Assembly: GCA_029717555.1 (NCBI GenBank)
Contig: JAMDHS010000007.1
Span: 1-64,000 of the forward strand
DNA: 64,000 bases
Direction of reading: 5' to 3'
From: Peribolospora baueri
Taxonomy: Eukaryota
Positions 38,201 to 49,792 of this stretch are shown here, one piece after another. The stretch's first letter is position 1. Each line of letters begins with the position of its first letter. A program made the translations under genes and the position numbers. Under the pieces are notes generated by a model, which worked only from the letters and a program-made list of their open reading frames with translations, searched no databases and was not told the DNA's origin.

Positions 38201-39212
38201 TTAATAGCTCCACTCTGGCCGTCCACTCGCCGGGTCCGAGGGTCCCGGCGACGACATCGGCGAGCACGCCGGCCTGGTCCTCCTTGATCCCTTCGACGAA
38301 CGCGCGGAGCTTCTTCAGCAGTTCCGCAGGCAAGGCGAGCAGGGGTGGGGTGCCTAGGAGGGCGAGGAGTTCGATCGACGCGGCCTTGAGCGCCTCCACG
38401 CTCCCCTCCTCGTCTCTCGCAGATCGGGGGGGACAAGAAGGGAGTGGAAGCTCGGGGAAGGAAGTGATGGACGCGCGAGGGAGGAGTGGCAAAACGTTTG
38501 AAGAGGTTTGCGAGGATGGGGAACTGTGCTCGATGGCGTCGATGCGGATGCGGTACAGGCCGGTGAGGACAATGGTAAGTTGTGGCGAAGTGGACGCTTT
38601 GACGATACGGGTTAAGCGGGCGGCTGAGCAGGAGAAGACGGAATGCAAAGAGGGAGACGTGCGTCAGAGAAGCCTGGGACCAGACGTGGCCAAAAAATTG
38701 CGTACGGAAGTTTGACTGGGACGGCGCTCACCACAACCCCAGCCAGTCAAGTCTTCCTTCCTCAAGTCCTTGCCCGCGAGCCCGGGAGCGTCTTGCTGTC
38801 CGTCCTTGGAGCCGCCGTCATGAAGGACGACGGCCGTCCCTGGGCTGCTCACCTCATTCACGACGCCACGCTCGGTCTCCGACGACGGCGAGGAAGAGGC
38901 CGGGGGGCTTGCGACAGGGACGCAAGCGAGGAGCACGTTGGCACCGTCCTTATGGTGAGAGCCGCCAGCGCCGAGGGCCTTTCCGAGGAGGGGCATGGCG
39001 AGAGAAGCGATGGACTTTCGGCCCGAGCCCGAGCTGGAGGCGGGATTGGAAGAGGAAGAAGACTCGAGGGCGGAACGGAGAAGGGCGATGGTCTCATCTT
39101 GAGAAAGGTGGAGAGAGAGGACGAGGCGTGGGTAGAGGATGGAGGGGTAAGGAAGGGGGAGGAGAGGAAGTGTTGCCGGGCCGATGGCGTTGGGTGAGGT
39201 GGAGTTGGTCAT
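35252..39212 (-). CDS. LONP2: Peroxisomal Lon protease (LONP2-type)
   Basis: Walker [47 protein letters not shown] (catalytic Ser); VGGIKEK (catalytic Lys); C-terminus -QARL* (PTS1). Confidence 0.96.
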
Positions 39213-39808
39213 CTTGGGCGAAGCGGCGGGGGGTGAGGGTGTGCTCGCACGAGTCCGATCGCCGGCGCCGAGGTCGGTGCTGGGGCGACGGAGAGGAGAG
39301 GGAGGAGAGGTAGAAGCTGATGGATAGATGGGATTGCTGTGCTATTGTTCGCCACGGGGCAGTCGATGCTGTTGTGGTGGTGATGGTGGCCGTGGTGGTG
39401 GTGGTGATCGTCGAGGCTTGACCCCGCCTGACGTCGATCGCATATCCGGCTATCACGCACATAAGCATAAGCTGGGCGAGGGTTAGGAAGGATCGGCACG
39501 ATTTGCAAAGGCAGTGGTAAGAATTATTTGTCATTTATATTATATTCTATTTCCTTTTCGTTTCGTTTCCTTCACTCCCTTCCTTCCCTTCCCTTTCCTT
39601 TCCTTTCTGTGCTCTTCTCTCCTTCGTTCTCATCTCTTCCTTCGCCCTTGTTCCTTCCGGCTCTCTGGGCCGGTCCGGGGCTCCTCCATTTCACAAGCAA
39701 CCGTCGTCGTGGAACGGAACGGGACAGCATCGGCCAGATACGGCAACCCACCTCCCCCGCTGCGGGGACTGCGGCGACACGGCGCTGGCGATCGCTGGCT
39801 CCGGTGAG

Positions 39809-39814
39809 TATAAA
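39809..39814 (+). promoter_or_regulatory. TATA box upstream of MDH
   Basis: TATAAA about 290 nt upstream of the MDH ATG, followed by a CT-rich tract. Confidence 0.45.
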
Positions 39815-40098
39815 CGGGGTGGCCGTGGCCAACAGGCTCGGCTCCTCACCACCATCTCACCTCCTTCTCTAGACGACCAGACGGACAAACGGCGAGCGAG
39901 CGAGCCAACGAACGAACCATCTCTCCGCAACACTTGCTAGATCGTGAGCGTCTCCCAGTCTTCCACCGTTCATGTCGGGCACGCTCCGTGAGAACACCGC
40001 TGAGCGCCGACCTTACTTCCTGGCCTTCACCCATCATCCTTCTGCCCACCCAACGCCCATCTCTCCCCACTGCCAGACTTCTATCACATCTCGTCAAA

Positions 40099-41859
40099 AT
40101 GGTTAAGGCAGTTGTCCTCGGAGCCGCCGGCGGTATCGGCCAGCCCCTCTCGCTCCTCCTTAAGCAGAGCCCTCTCATCACTGGTAAGTCCGCGCAATCG
40201 CCGGTTCTCCCTGTCGCTTAACTTCGCTCTCCCTCGTCCGCCCGCACGGCCATCTGCATCGTGGCTGTGTGTGCGCACGAATGGACGTGTCTGGAGGTCT
40301 CCCGTTCGTCCATGTGCGCCCCGCCCTGACCGCCATCTCCCCCTCTTTGCCGTGCAGAGCTCGCTCTGTATGATATCGTCGCCGCCCCTGGTGTCGCCGC
40401 CGACCTGTCGCACATCTCCACGCCCGCCCAGGTCAAGGGTTACCTCCCCGCCGACGACGGCCTCCAGAAGGCCCTCACCGGCGCCAACGTCGTCGTCATC
40501 CCCGCCGGCGTGCCCCGCAAGGTGCGAGCCTGCCGTTGGTCGACTGTCAAAGTCTAGCATGAGACATGTGGTACGGTCCGACCGTGCGCTCATACCGTGA
40601 CCTTGCCTTGTCCTTCTGCTGTGTACAGCCTGGCATGACCCGTGACGACCTGTTCAAGGTGAGCTGCCCAGCCTGATGATGAGGCCGGCCCGTCTTTACA
40701 GTATATATGCTCATCGTCTCTTGTCGCTTCTCGCCTCGCTCTCGCTCGCAGATTAACGCCGGCATCGTTCGCGACCTCGCCACGGGAATCGCCAACCACG
40801 CTCCCAAGGCATTCGTTCTCGTCATCTCCAACCCCGTCAACTCGACCGTTCCCATCGTCGCCGAAGTGTTCAAGAAGGCCGGCGTCTTTGATCCCAAGAG
40901 GTGAGTTTTTACTGGCGTGCGGCATGTGCGACAGTTTCTCAGCGCTGATTTCCTTCCTCGGTCCGTCGCTGCCCCTCGCTTGCGTCGTCCAGGCTCTTCG
41001 GTGTGACAACGCTCGACGTGGTCCGCGCCTCCACGTTTGTCGCTGAGGTGTCCGGCAACCCTCTCGAGGCTTCCAAGTACACCGTTCCCGTCGTCGGTGG
41101 CCACTCGGGCGTGACGATCCTCCCCTTGCTGTCCCAGTCCAAGCCTGCCCTCCCTTCGTCCGTCACCAAGGAGCAGCTCGAGGCGCTCACGAACCGCATT
41201 CAGTTTGGCGGTGACGAGGTCGTCAAGGCCAAGGACGGTGCCGGGTCCGCTACGCTCAGCATGGCTTACGCCGGAGCGCGCTTCGCCTTTGCCGTGCTCG
41301 CCGCCGCCAAGGAGGGCAAGGCAGTCGTCGAGCCCTCCTTCGTCCACCTCTCTGCCGACGCTGAGGGAGGAAAGGCGGTTCAGAAGGAGATTGGCGCGGA
41401 GCTCGAGTACTTCTCAGCGCCCATTCAGCTTGGCGTGAGTGGACCGAGTCTAGTCGAGTTGGATACAGATCGGGCCTGCTCGGCTTGATGCCCAACACGC
41501 TGACATCTCCATCGCCATCAATTTTTTTTTTTGCTTCATCCCGTCCGTCATCTCTGCTCCTCATCCAATCTCTTAGCCCAACGGTGTGGAGAAGATCCTC
41601 CCCCTCGGCCCGATCTCGGACTATGAGAAGACCCTACTCGGCGCCGCCGTCAAGGACCTCTCTGGCAACATTGAGAAGGTGCGTCGCAGTAGGATGCGAG
41701 GGTGTGATCTGCGGCCCATGTCACTGATGTTGCACCCCCTTTCCTACCTTCCCTCCCGCCTTTCAACGCGATCCGTCTCCTTCCCTCGCCCCGTACGGCT
41801 GACGATCGATCGATCGTGCGCACACGCAGGGTGTCTCGTTCGTCGGTGCGAAGCTTTGA
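40099..41859 (+). CDS. MDH: NAD-dependent malate dehydrogenase, cytosolic/peroxisomal type with PTS1
   Basis: [82 protein letters not shown]; last exon GVSFVGAKL*. No mitochondrial presequence. Confidence 0.98.
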
Positions 41860-42385
41860 GCCCCACCGCCTCCCTCGTTTCCATGACTTCCCTAGGCTCG
41901 CCGAGAGCACGATACGAAATATGTATACGCTCATCGTGTCGGAGCGCGGAATACTCTTTTTCCCTTCGTCTCTGCAAGGATTTTTAACAAATATAGACGA
42001 GCGTGAGACGACATGCTAGAATAGTACGTAACGTCGAGGGGGGAAGATGTGATCTGCTCCGCAAACGAGACGAGGAGGACTGGCGTTGTGCGATGGTGTT
42101 TATTCTGGCGGAATGCGCAGCCTTGGTCAGGTAGAGATGGTAGACTTTGACAAACGCAAAGCGCGAGCACGTTCGCCGGATTCGTGCGGCCGCCCATGCA
42201 AGGAAGGATAGGACGTCGATCAGATGCTCCTTCAGTGCATCTCCGTTGCCGATTCCAGTGGATATGCGGAAAAAAGACAAACGCTTACGGTCGCTCCTTC
42301 ACCCCAAGCGCTCCAGCGTCGCGGCGATAGGCGCGATTAGAGAAAGTGAGAATGAAATGCATTGTCCGTCACTCGCAGCGTAGCG

Positions 42386-44419
42386 TCACAGTACCGAACA
42401 AGAAGACGTGCACTCCTCCTTCACCAGTCGTAATCGAGCCGAGGGGATCTGAGCGACGCCGTCTCGGATGGCCACCAGATCGAAGGGAAACCCGTCACCG
42501 GCGTAGATCGCGTCGTTGGTCACCCACTGAGGCGTGCATCCTTGCCAAGCCGCCGCCGACGGAGGGCCGGCGGTGATCTGGAACCTGAACATGTCCGCCT
42601 CGTTCGTCGGCCACAGTGGAAGCCCGTTCGTCGCCGTCGCCGCGCCCGGAATCCTTTCGCCTAGCTTGTTCGTCGTCATCCAGCCCGTCCCGTTGATCAC
42701 CAGCTTGGACATCCATAACGAACCCTGACCGACGACGATCTCCATCTCGTCCACGCTCGAGTTGGATGACGACGACGACGACCCGAGCGACTTGGCCGTG
42801 TATCGGCCCGCGTACGTGTCCCGTAAGATGGCCTCCCGAGCCGCGTCGACGGCCGGTCCGTACCGTTTGCTAATCTCGACGCCCATCTCTTGGATCACCG
42901 CGTTGGCGCCGGTGGTCAAAAGCGCAAACGCGTATTCGCGAGCGGGATCGATGACGATCAGATCGTAGTATCCGGGAAAGTTGCCGTCCTTGGTGAACAA
43001 CGTCGTCGCCCTTCCGTTCGTTCCGTTGTTGCTTCCCCACCGCTGCTTGTCCTCGCCTCCGTCGTCGACGAACGTCTTGATCTCCCACGGCGCGCCCACC
43101 GCCGTCAGATCATCGTTCCACACAAACAGCGGGCTGAGCCACTTGCGGATCGCCGCCGGTGGGAGGACGAAGGGTGCGAGGTCATCATGGTCCTCTGCGG
43201 CGCTCCCCTCCGGACGAATCAATGACCGCAGGAAGCGGCCCAAGTCCCTGGCGCTGCTGTATTGTCCTCCGGACGGGTCGTGAGCTCCGACGTCCAGGTC
43301 GGCCCACTCTGCGTTCGTAGAAGCGACGGCGATGCGATCGAGCGCCGAAGCGGGAGGGCGGTAGAAGGAGGAATTCATCCCGAGCGGAGAGAGGATGTCT
43401 CGATGGATCATGCGCTCGAATTCCGGCGCGCCGTCAGAGCAAGCGCCGCTCGACGACCTCCTACACGCCGCCTGACGCTCCGCTCCCGTGACGACGAGAC
43501 CGAGAAGGTTGAAGGCCATGTTTGAATACACCGGGTACGTCCAAGGGGCCGTCACGGCGGGCGTCTTTGCGAGCGTGTCCAGCACTCTCTTGCGCGTCCC
43601 GTTGGCCCACATTTCCATCTGGGCGGCCACCGAGAGGCCGACTTGCAGAGGCCAAGGCTGATCCACGATCTCGTCGCGCGGCAGTCCGGATAACTGGGAG
43701 GCGAGCTGCAGAGGCGTGATTTTGTAGTCGCTCGCGTTGGCGTTTTGTGAGCCGGAGCCGGACGGGTCGAGTCCGAGCGTCGTGCGCCAGGACGGTCCGG
43801 CGAGGGCGAGGTCGGGAACGTGGTCCCTCACGTCGTCGTCCATGGAGAGCTTGCCTTGCTGCTCGAGGAGCAACGCCTCGAGCGCGGTGAACACTTTGGT
43901 CACCGAAGCCATGCGGTAGATCGAGTCCGCCGTCACCGTCGCCCTCCCAGCGGCCGCGGCGCCGCTCTCGTTAGCTCGAAGCGGGCCGAAGCCAGCCTCG
44001 TAGACGGTTCCGCCAGGAAGGACGACGATGGCGGCGACCGAGTCGGTGCCCGTTCCGTTGTGTTGCGCGTTGATGAAGCTTGCAAGGTACGAGTCCACCC
44101 ATCTGTTCGGCTCGTCAAACACCGAGGCGTTGACAGGATGCCGCTGGAGGAGCTTGGAGTCCAGGGGCGGATAGCAGAACCTCACTCCGTCGTCCTTGGT
44201 CGCGTTTGCGGTCGCGTCTGCACTCGGTTGCGCTCGCGCGGTGGCCGGGCCCCTGCGGCGGAGAACGGCGTGAGCAAGAGGGAAGGGGGAGGGCGCGAAG
44301 AGCAGGCAGGACACGAGTGCGGAGACGATGGCACCACAGACAAAGCTGCCAAGCAAGGCCGTCACCGTCAGACTTGGGCGTTGTCGCTCCCGTCCCCTCG
44401 AGGGGTGAGCTTTGTTCAT
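42386..44419 (-). CDS. Beta-lactamase/penicillin-binding-protein-like serine hydrolase with N-terminal membrane anchor; single exon
   Basis: SIYRMASVTK (SxxK), LASQLSGL, YSN, GGQYSSARDLGRF, FTKDG; hydrophobic N-terminal segment. First ATG is at 44419; the frame is open to ~44518, so the start is uncertain. Confidence 0.9.
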   Translation of the reverse strand: MNKAHPSRGRERQRPSLTVTALLGSFVCGAIVSALVSCLLFAPSPFPLAHAVLRRRGPATARAQPSADATANATKDDGVRFCYPPLDSKLLQRHPVNASVFDEPNRWVDSYLASFINAQHNGTGTDSVAAIVVLPGGTVYEAGFGPLRANESGAAAAGRATVTADSIYRMASVTKVFTALEALLLEQQGKLSMDDDVRDHVPDLALAGPSWRTTLGLDPSGSGSQNANASDYKITPLQLASQLSGLPRDEIVDQPWPLQVGLSVAAQMEMWANGTRKRVLDTLAKTPAVTAPWTYPVYSNMAFNLLGLVVTGAERQAACRRSSSGACSDGAPEFERMIHRDILSPLGMNSSFYRPPASALDRIAVASTNAEWADLDVGAHDPSGGQYSSARDLGRFLRSLIRPEGSAAEDHDDLAPFVLPPAAIRKWLSPLFVWNDDLTAVGAPWEIKTFVDDGGEDKQRWGSNNGTNGRATTLFTKDGNFPGYYDLIVIDPAREYAFALLTTGANAVIQEMGVEISKRYGPAVDAAREAILRDTYAGRYTAKSLGSSSSSSNSSVDEMEIVVGQGSLWMSKLVINGTGWMTTNKLGERIPGAATATNGLPLWPTNEADMFRFQITAGPPSAAAWQGCTPQWVTNDAIYAGDGFPFDLVAIRDGVAQIPSARLRLVKEECTSSCSVL

Positions 44420-45082
44420 GTAGTCTTCTGTCTGTGGGCGGGATGGCGCAGGGGGAGGGTCAGCGTCCGAGCGAGCAGAGGAAGAAGAAGAAGAAGAGGG
44501 GGCGCTTTGCTTTGGCACACGCGCGGCGACGCTGTCTGTTATGGATATGTATGTATGCGAGCCATGGGACGGAGGACGAGAGAGGAGGCGTTGTCCTGAC
44601 CTGACCTATCTGGCCTCGTCGGCCGGCGAGCCAGTCAGTTTAGTGGTAGCACCGCGGCGATGTCGGCCGGCGAGCCGTGTGTTGTCTTGTATGTCTGGGC
44701 GATGTGATCTGCGCAATGTGGAGAAAATAAATAATTGCATTGCATGCAAGTCGTTCGCCGGTTTGGACTACGACGCCCTCCCGCTAGCGCCATGTAGCCT
44801 CGCCGCCTTACTGCCTCGCCTGGCCCATGCGCATGACCGCTGCGCGTTAAGATGGCCGCGAGCGGGCGAGGCGATCGGCTATCGAGATGATATGCGCGGC
44901 TCATCTTCACACTTCATCCCTCGTCCTTCTCTGCATCCCCTCCAAGCGCCAACGAGCCAGAGACCAAGCGGGTGGGTGGACGATAGAAAGCAAATTCGAA
45001 CCAAGCTGAGATTACAGTGCCGCGTGCAATGTATTCATTCATTCGTACGGATGCAAAACCCAAGAACAGGCCGGCCCGACGA

Positions 45083-48000
45083 TCACGACTGCGCCAGCTT
45101 GCTGTAGCTCGGAGGCGCCAGTCTGCCCTTGACCGTCTTGATGATGTAGAGCGGGAAGGCCGACACAGCCACGATCACTGCCGTCTTCCACAGGAACCGG
45201 ACCGAGAGAACAAAGGAGAGATCTGCATCAAAGGGGACAGGAAAAAGCTGAGCTGACAATGAATCTGTGACGGCTCCCTCAGACACCAACTAAGCTCACC
45301 AAAGTATTCCGGCAAGAACGCGATGCTGATGACGTAGAAAAAGAGAGTGACGACCTCGGACAGGAACATGTAGACGTGCCTGAAGGGGATATGCCAGGCC
45401 AAGCCCGTCAGCCTGAGCCATGCCCGTCGTTTCGTCGATGAAGAGCTCCTCGAGCGCCAAACTCGCCCGCTCACTCACCATGTAGTGATCTCCAAAGCCA
45501 CCATTATGAGTTCGTTCAACACGAGTGCGGTAAAAGAGATGGAGACGATGTTCAAGAATTCGTTTTCGAACTGGGCAAGAAATGCGCCAAGAGCCGAGTT
45601 AAGTTAGTATGCCATCGGCTATCGGCCATCGGCCACCGAGTCACCCGCGCGCCGCCGCTCGGCAATAACGACTAAACTAACCAGTACGAGCGACATGATC
45701 ATAATCGCTCCGCCTTGGTATATCGAAATCATGAGCCATTCGAAGAACGTCTTGAACGACAGCAGTCGCCCCTTTGTGAGCTCCTTGTAAAGCTCCGGGT
45801 AGAGGAGCGCCATGTCTTCGTTGACGTCCCGGTCGAGAACTAAGGAAAAGACGGGTGCCATGGTGTACGCGGTCGCGTAGCCGACCATGAGCCAGCCTTG
45901 GTAGAGAGCGATAGGCCTGCAGGAGGACGTGAGACGGGTCAGCATGGCCGGCAAACCGAGCGACGAACTGCAGAGACGACGCACGCAAAGTAGAAAATGG
46001 CAGAGAAGACGGCCTGGATGACGGATATGATGAGACCTCTATGGATCACAAATTGAGCCAGCTTTGCCGAGCGCTTGTAAGAGTTGCGTCCATGCCATAC
46101 GAGCAGCTTGGTGAGGAAGCTGAACTGGAGGATGCTAAAGTCGGCCGCCAGGCTGGCCTGTTTGCCCTCCTTGCCCACAATGCCCACGCCGACGTCGGCC
46201 GCTTGGATCATACTGACGTCGTTACCTCCGTCACCGATGCAACATACCCGCTTCTTTGTATGGTTCCGAATCAGACGCGTAATGTCCGCCTTTTGCGTCG
46301 GCGAGCACCGACACGCCACCACCGCGGGCAACTGAGTGGCCATTTCGATAAACTCGAGCTTGAAGTGCTGGAGGAAGAGCTGAAGAGAATCGCCATCGAT
46401 CACCAAACAGCAGTCCGATTTTCCCTGCAAAAAGTCGAGTTGATCACGGGCAGCGTCCGGAGAGGCAACTGATGCAGACGATAACGGGGACAAAGGGAAG
46501 GTGAGAACGACGGCTTCAATGGAGGATCATCACTGGGCAATGACCATGTACCCACGCTTGGCGACTTGATGGATGTACTGATTTCGACTAACGAGCTTGC
46601 TCGAAATGGCGATGCAAGTGGCCGTCTCGATCTTGTCACCGGTGAGCATCCATATCTTGATGCCGGCGTTGCGGAGCATCTCCAGCGTCGTCTTCACCTC
46701 GTCCTGCAACTTGTCCTCAACGCCAGTGAGGCCTAGGAGCTCGAGGTCGTGTTCGAGCAAATCCTTGACCACTTCCGCCGTTGCCTCTCCGCGGTCCTCC
46801 ACGCTCACCCTGGCCTCCTTATATCGACGCTCAAACTCGGACCAAGTTTCATCGCTGAGCCGCTTGCGGGCCATGACAAGAGTACGCAAGCCCTCGCGAG
46901 CCATGTTGCCGGTCTCCTCTTCCAGCCAATCGTTTTGCTGTACGATCTTGCTCATCACCACGTCTGCGCCCTTTTGGTAGAATGTCACCTCGCCCGTAGC
47001 CCTGTCGCGGACAATGATCCCCATACGCTTCGACTCGGACGTGAACGGAAAGACTTCGAGGATGTCGAACGTGAGATTATGCCCGTCGGCGGTGCGCAGC
47101 CTCATCGACATGCGGTCCCGAGCGGTCAACGTCAGACCGACGGATTCGGTCCACCGGACGATGGCTACCTCATCCGGCGACGAGGCCTGATACGTGACCG
47201 ATCCATCGTCGTTCTCAACTGGCGTGACCTGGATCATCAGATGGCAAACGAATGAAGCAATCAGACAGCTGGCTGGCGTCCAACGGGGCCCGCGAACGCA
47301 CAACGCCACGCACATTATGACAGATGGCCAGCGCCAACACGACGTCCTTGACCCGGGAAGACATGTCTCTGCGCCCCCTCCCTCCGAGCATGGCGCCGGT
47401 GACCATTCCACCTTTCCTCGTCGCTGGAAGGGTGGTCGACACGGTGGGTGGGATTCGATCAGTTTTTCCACGGCGCGCCAGTCAGGTCCATAGACGATCG
47501 CGATCGGAGGCTCACCGCCAGCGGCTTGGCTCTGTCCGAACGCGGTGGCGAGCTGATGAGCAACCTCGTCCATCGAATCCCAACCGTAAGACATCGTGCC
47601 CATGTGCAGCTTCTTGAGTTCCATCTCTATGTGCGGCCAACGCCGAGTAGATATGAAAGCGTCAGAAAGGGAAAAAAAAAAATTTTTGGCGCAAAAACCA
47701 AGGATGGATGGATGGACCGACCATTCTGTGTTAGGGTGCCCGTCTTATCGCTGAGCAAATACTCGATGCGCCCCAGTTCTTCCGGCAACGTGCTCGTGCG
47801 GACGATCGTTCCCGGAATCTCGGGGTCAGACTGTATTTGACGCGCATAGACCGTCTTTCCCATGTCCAAGTTGACGCGCAAACTGTCTCGAACGAAGCCA
47901 AATTCAGAACAAACAGAAAGACGACGAGGAATCGCAAGAGAGTCGAATACGGTTCCTTTTTTTTTCGGTCGCTCACCTGATTGGGATGATGCTCGAGAAG

Positions 48001-49792
48001 AGGATGAGGAAACGAAATACGTAAATGTACCACGGGCCGCGGAAACCATTGAGAGCGACCAAGGCGAGGGACAGGGCAAAAGTGACGGCGCACAACACCT
48101 GGGCGCACACACATAAAGAGAACACAATTCCTCAGTTCCTTCCAACCATCTCAGGCGCGTACTTGGGAGCGCATGCTCACCTTGGCCAATCGGTTGATCT
48201 CCACCTCCAGCAATCCTGTCTTAGTCTCTGGATGGCTCGTGTTCATGACTGCCCTAGTGTCCTTGCCCGTGTAGACTACCATACCGATGGCCTGGCCAGC
48301 TGCGAGCACTGTGTTGGCCCATAGCACGTTCTCGGCGGACAGTGGCTCGACCTGCCAGTCCCGCACGGGAGTCGTGACATGGTCATCGTCGTGGGAGACG
48401 GTAGAAGGTTTTAAGGTGAGCGTGCCGATGAAAGTGTTGATGTCTTTCGTCGGTGCATCAGCTGGCAGGCGTCGGCAGTCGAAGGAAGGGCGCTTGGGTG
48501 AGCGAGCTCACAACGGCAGCGAACGAAAAAAAAAACCTTCCGCTGCTCTAACTCACCATAAACTTCGCCCTCGATCTCGAGCAAGTCGACGTCGTGCTCT
48601 AGAGTTTGCGTGCCGGCGACGGCGACGCGGAGCTTCCAGTCCGTCTCTCCGTCCAATTGGTCCGTACGGATAAAGCAGGTACCTCCTTCCTCGCTCGTCC
48701 TAAGCAACACCAAGTCGGCAGGTACTCGCTGGTTCTTCTCCAGCAGCACCAGGTCGCCCACTCGGAGGCTCGAGCTTGGGATGGTGCGGAGGGGAAGGAC
48801 GTGCTTCATGCTTAGACTCGGCCTGCCTGGACCGGACGAATCAACGCTCCTGCGTCCGAGGAGGGAGGAAGTGGAGGACCGTGGAGGGAGCATGGCCACA
48901 GTGGCGGGGACGGAAGGGTCGAGGATGGAATATCGCTGGGAATTAGCCTCGCGATCGCGGAGGCGACGGGCATAGTCGTCCAGCGCTTCTTTGCCGATCG
49001 TCACGGCCAGAACAAAGGCAAGCGGAGCAATGTATGTCGCCAAAAAGCCTGAAAGGAGACATCCAGGAAGAGGGATCGAGAGGTCAGTGGCGTGGTGTCA
49101 AACCGGAAGACTAAAGCCACTCGAGGACTCACCGATTTTGAGGGGCGGAATAAACTGGCTCAGGGCAACGAGCAAGAAGTAGAGGTTGAAGAAGAACTTG
49201 AACTGTTCATAGAGCACGACGGGCAGGAAGGTGAGGAGATTGTACTTCTGGTTGCGAACAACGTTGGCGGGATAGGGCGATCGTCCGGTTCCTGTGCGGG
49301 TGAGCGTCCGGGGGAGCATGTACAAAGAAGAGGAGAGAAAGCTGAATATCCGATGATTGAGAGGGGAAAAAAAGGAAATCCAACAACAAATAACTCACTC
49401 GGAGCGCCGAAGGGTATGGTCCTGCTTTTGTCCTTCCCAGTGGCACCCCTACCTCTCGGCCTACTCTTTCCCTTAGCCCTGTCGAAGAGGGCATCGGAGA
49501 AAAACGTCTGGTGGCCGTCCGCCTCGAGATCGGAGCCGGAGCCTTCCGGGCGTCGGCGAGAAGGGGAGGGAGAAGCCATTCTCGTTCCCTCGAGCATTTC
49601 GCCCTCCTCCTCCCCGTCCACGAGAGAATGTGCGCTTGGAACGGCCGGAGTGCGGTCGAGCCGGTGGAGCGGATAGGCGCCAGGCGAGGAGGAGACTGCG
49701 TTCTTGCGAAGGAGGTGTGGCGACGACGACGCCGACGATGATGGTGAGGAGGTGGGAGACGGTTGCGAAAGCGAGAATCTTGACGAGCTCAT
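45083..49792 (-). CDS. NEO1: P4-type phospholipid-transporting ATPase (NEO1/ATP9 class)
   Basis: [34 protein letters not shown] (phospho-Asp); [28 protein letters not shown]-terminal LAPPSYSKL. Confidence 0.97.

Noticed and set aside
31625..44419. Secondary-metabolite cluster (aminotransferase plus beta-lactamase-like gene)
   Set aside because: No backbone enzyme, and the intervening genes are housekeeping.
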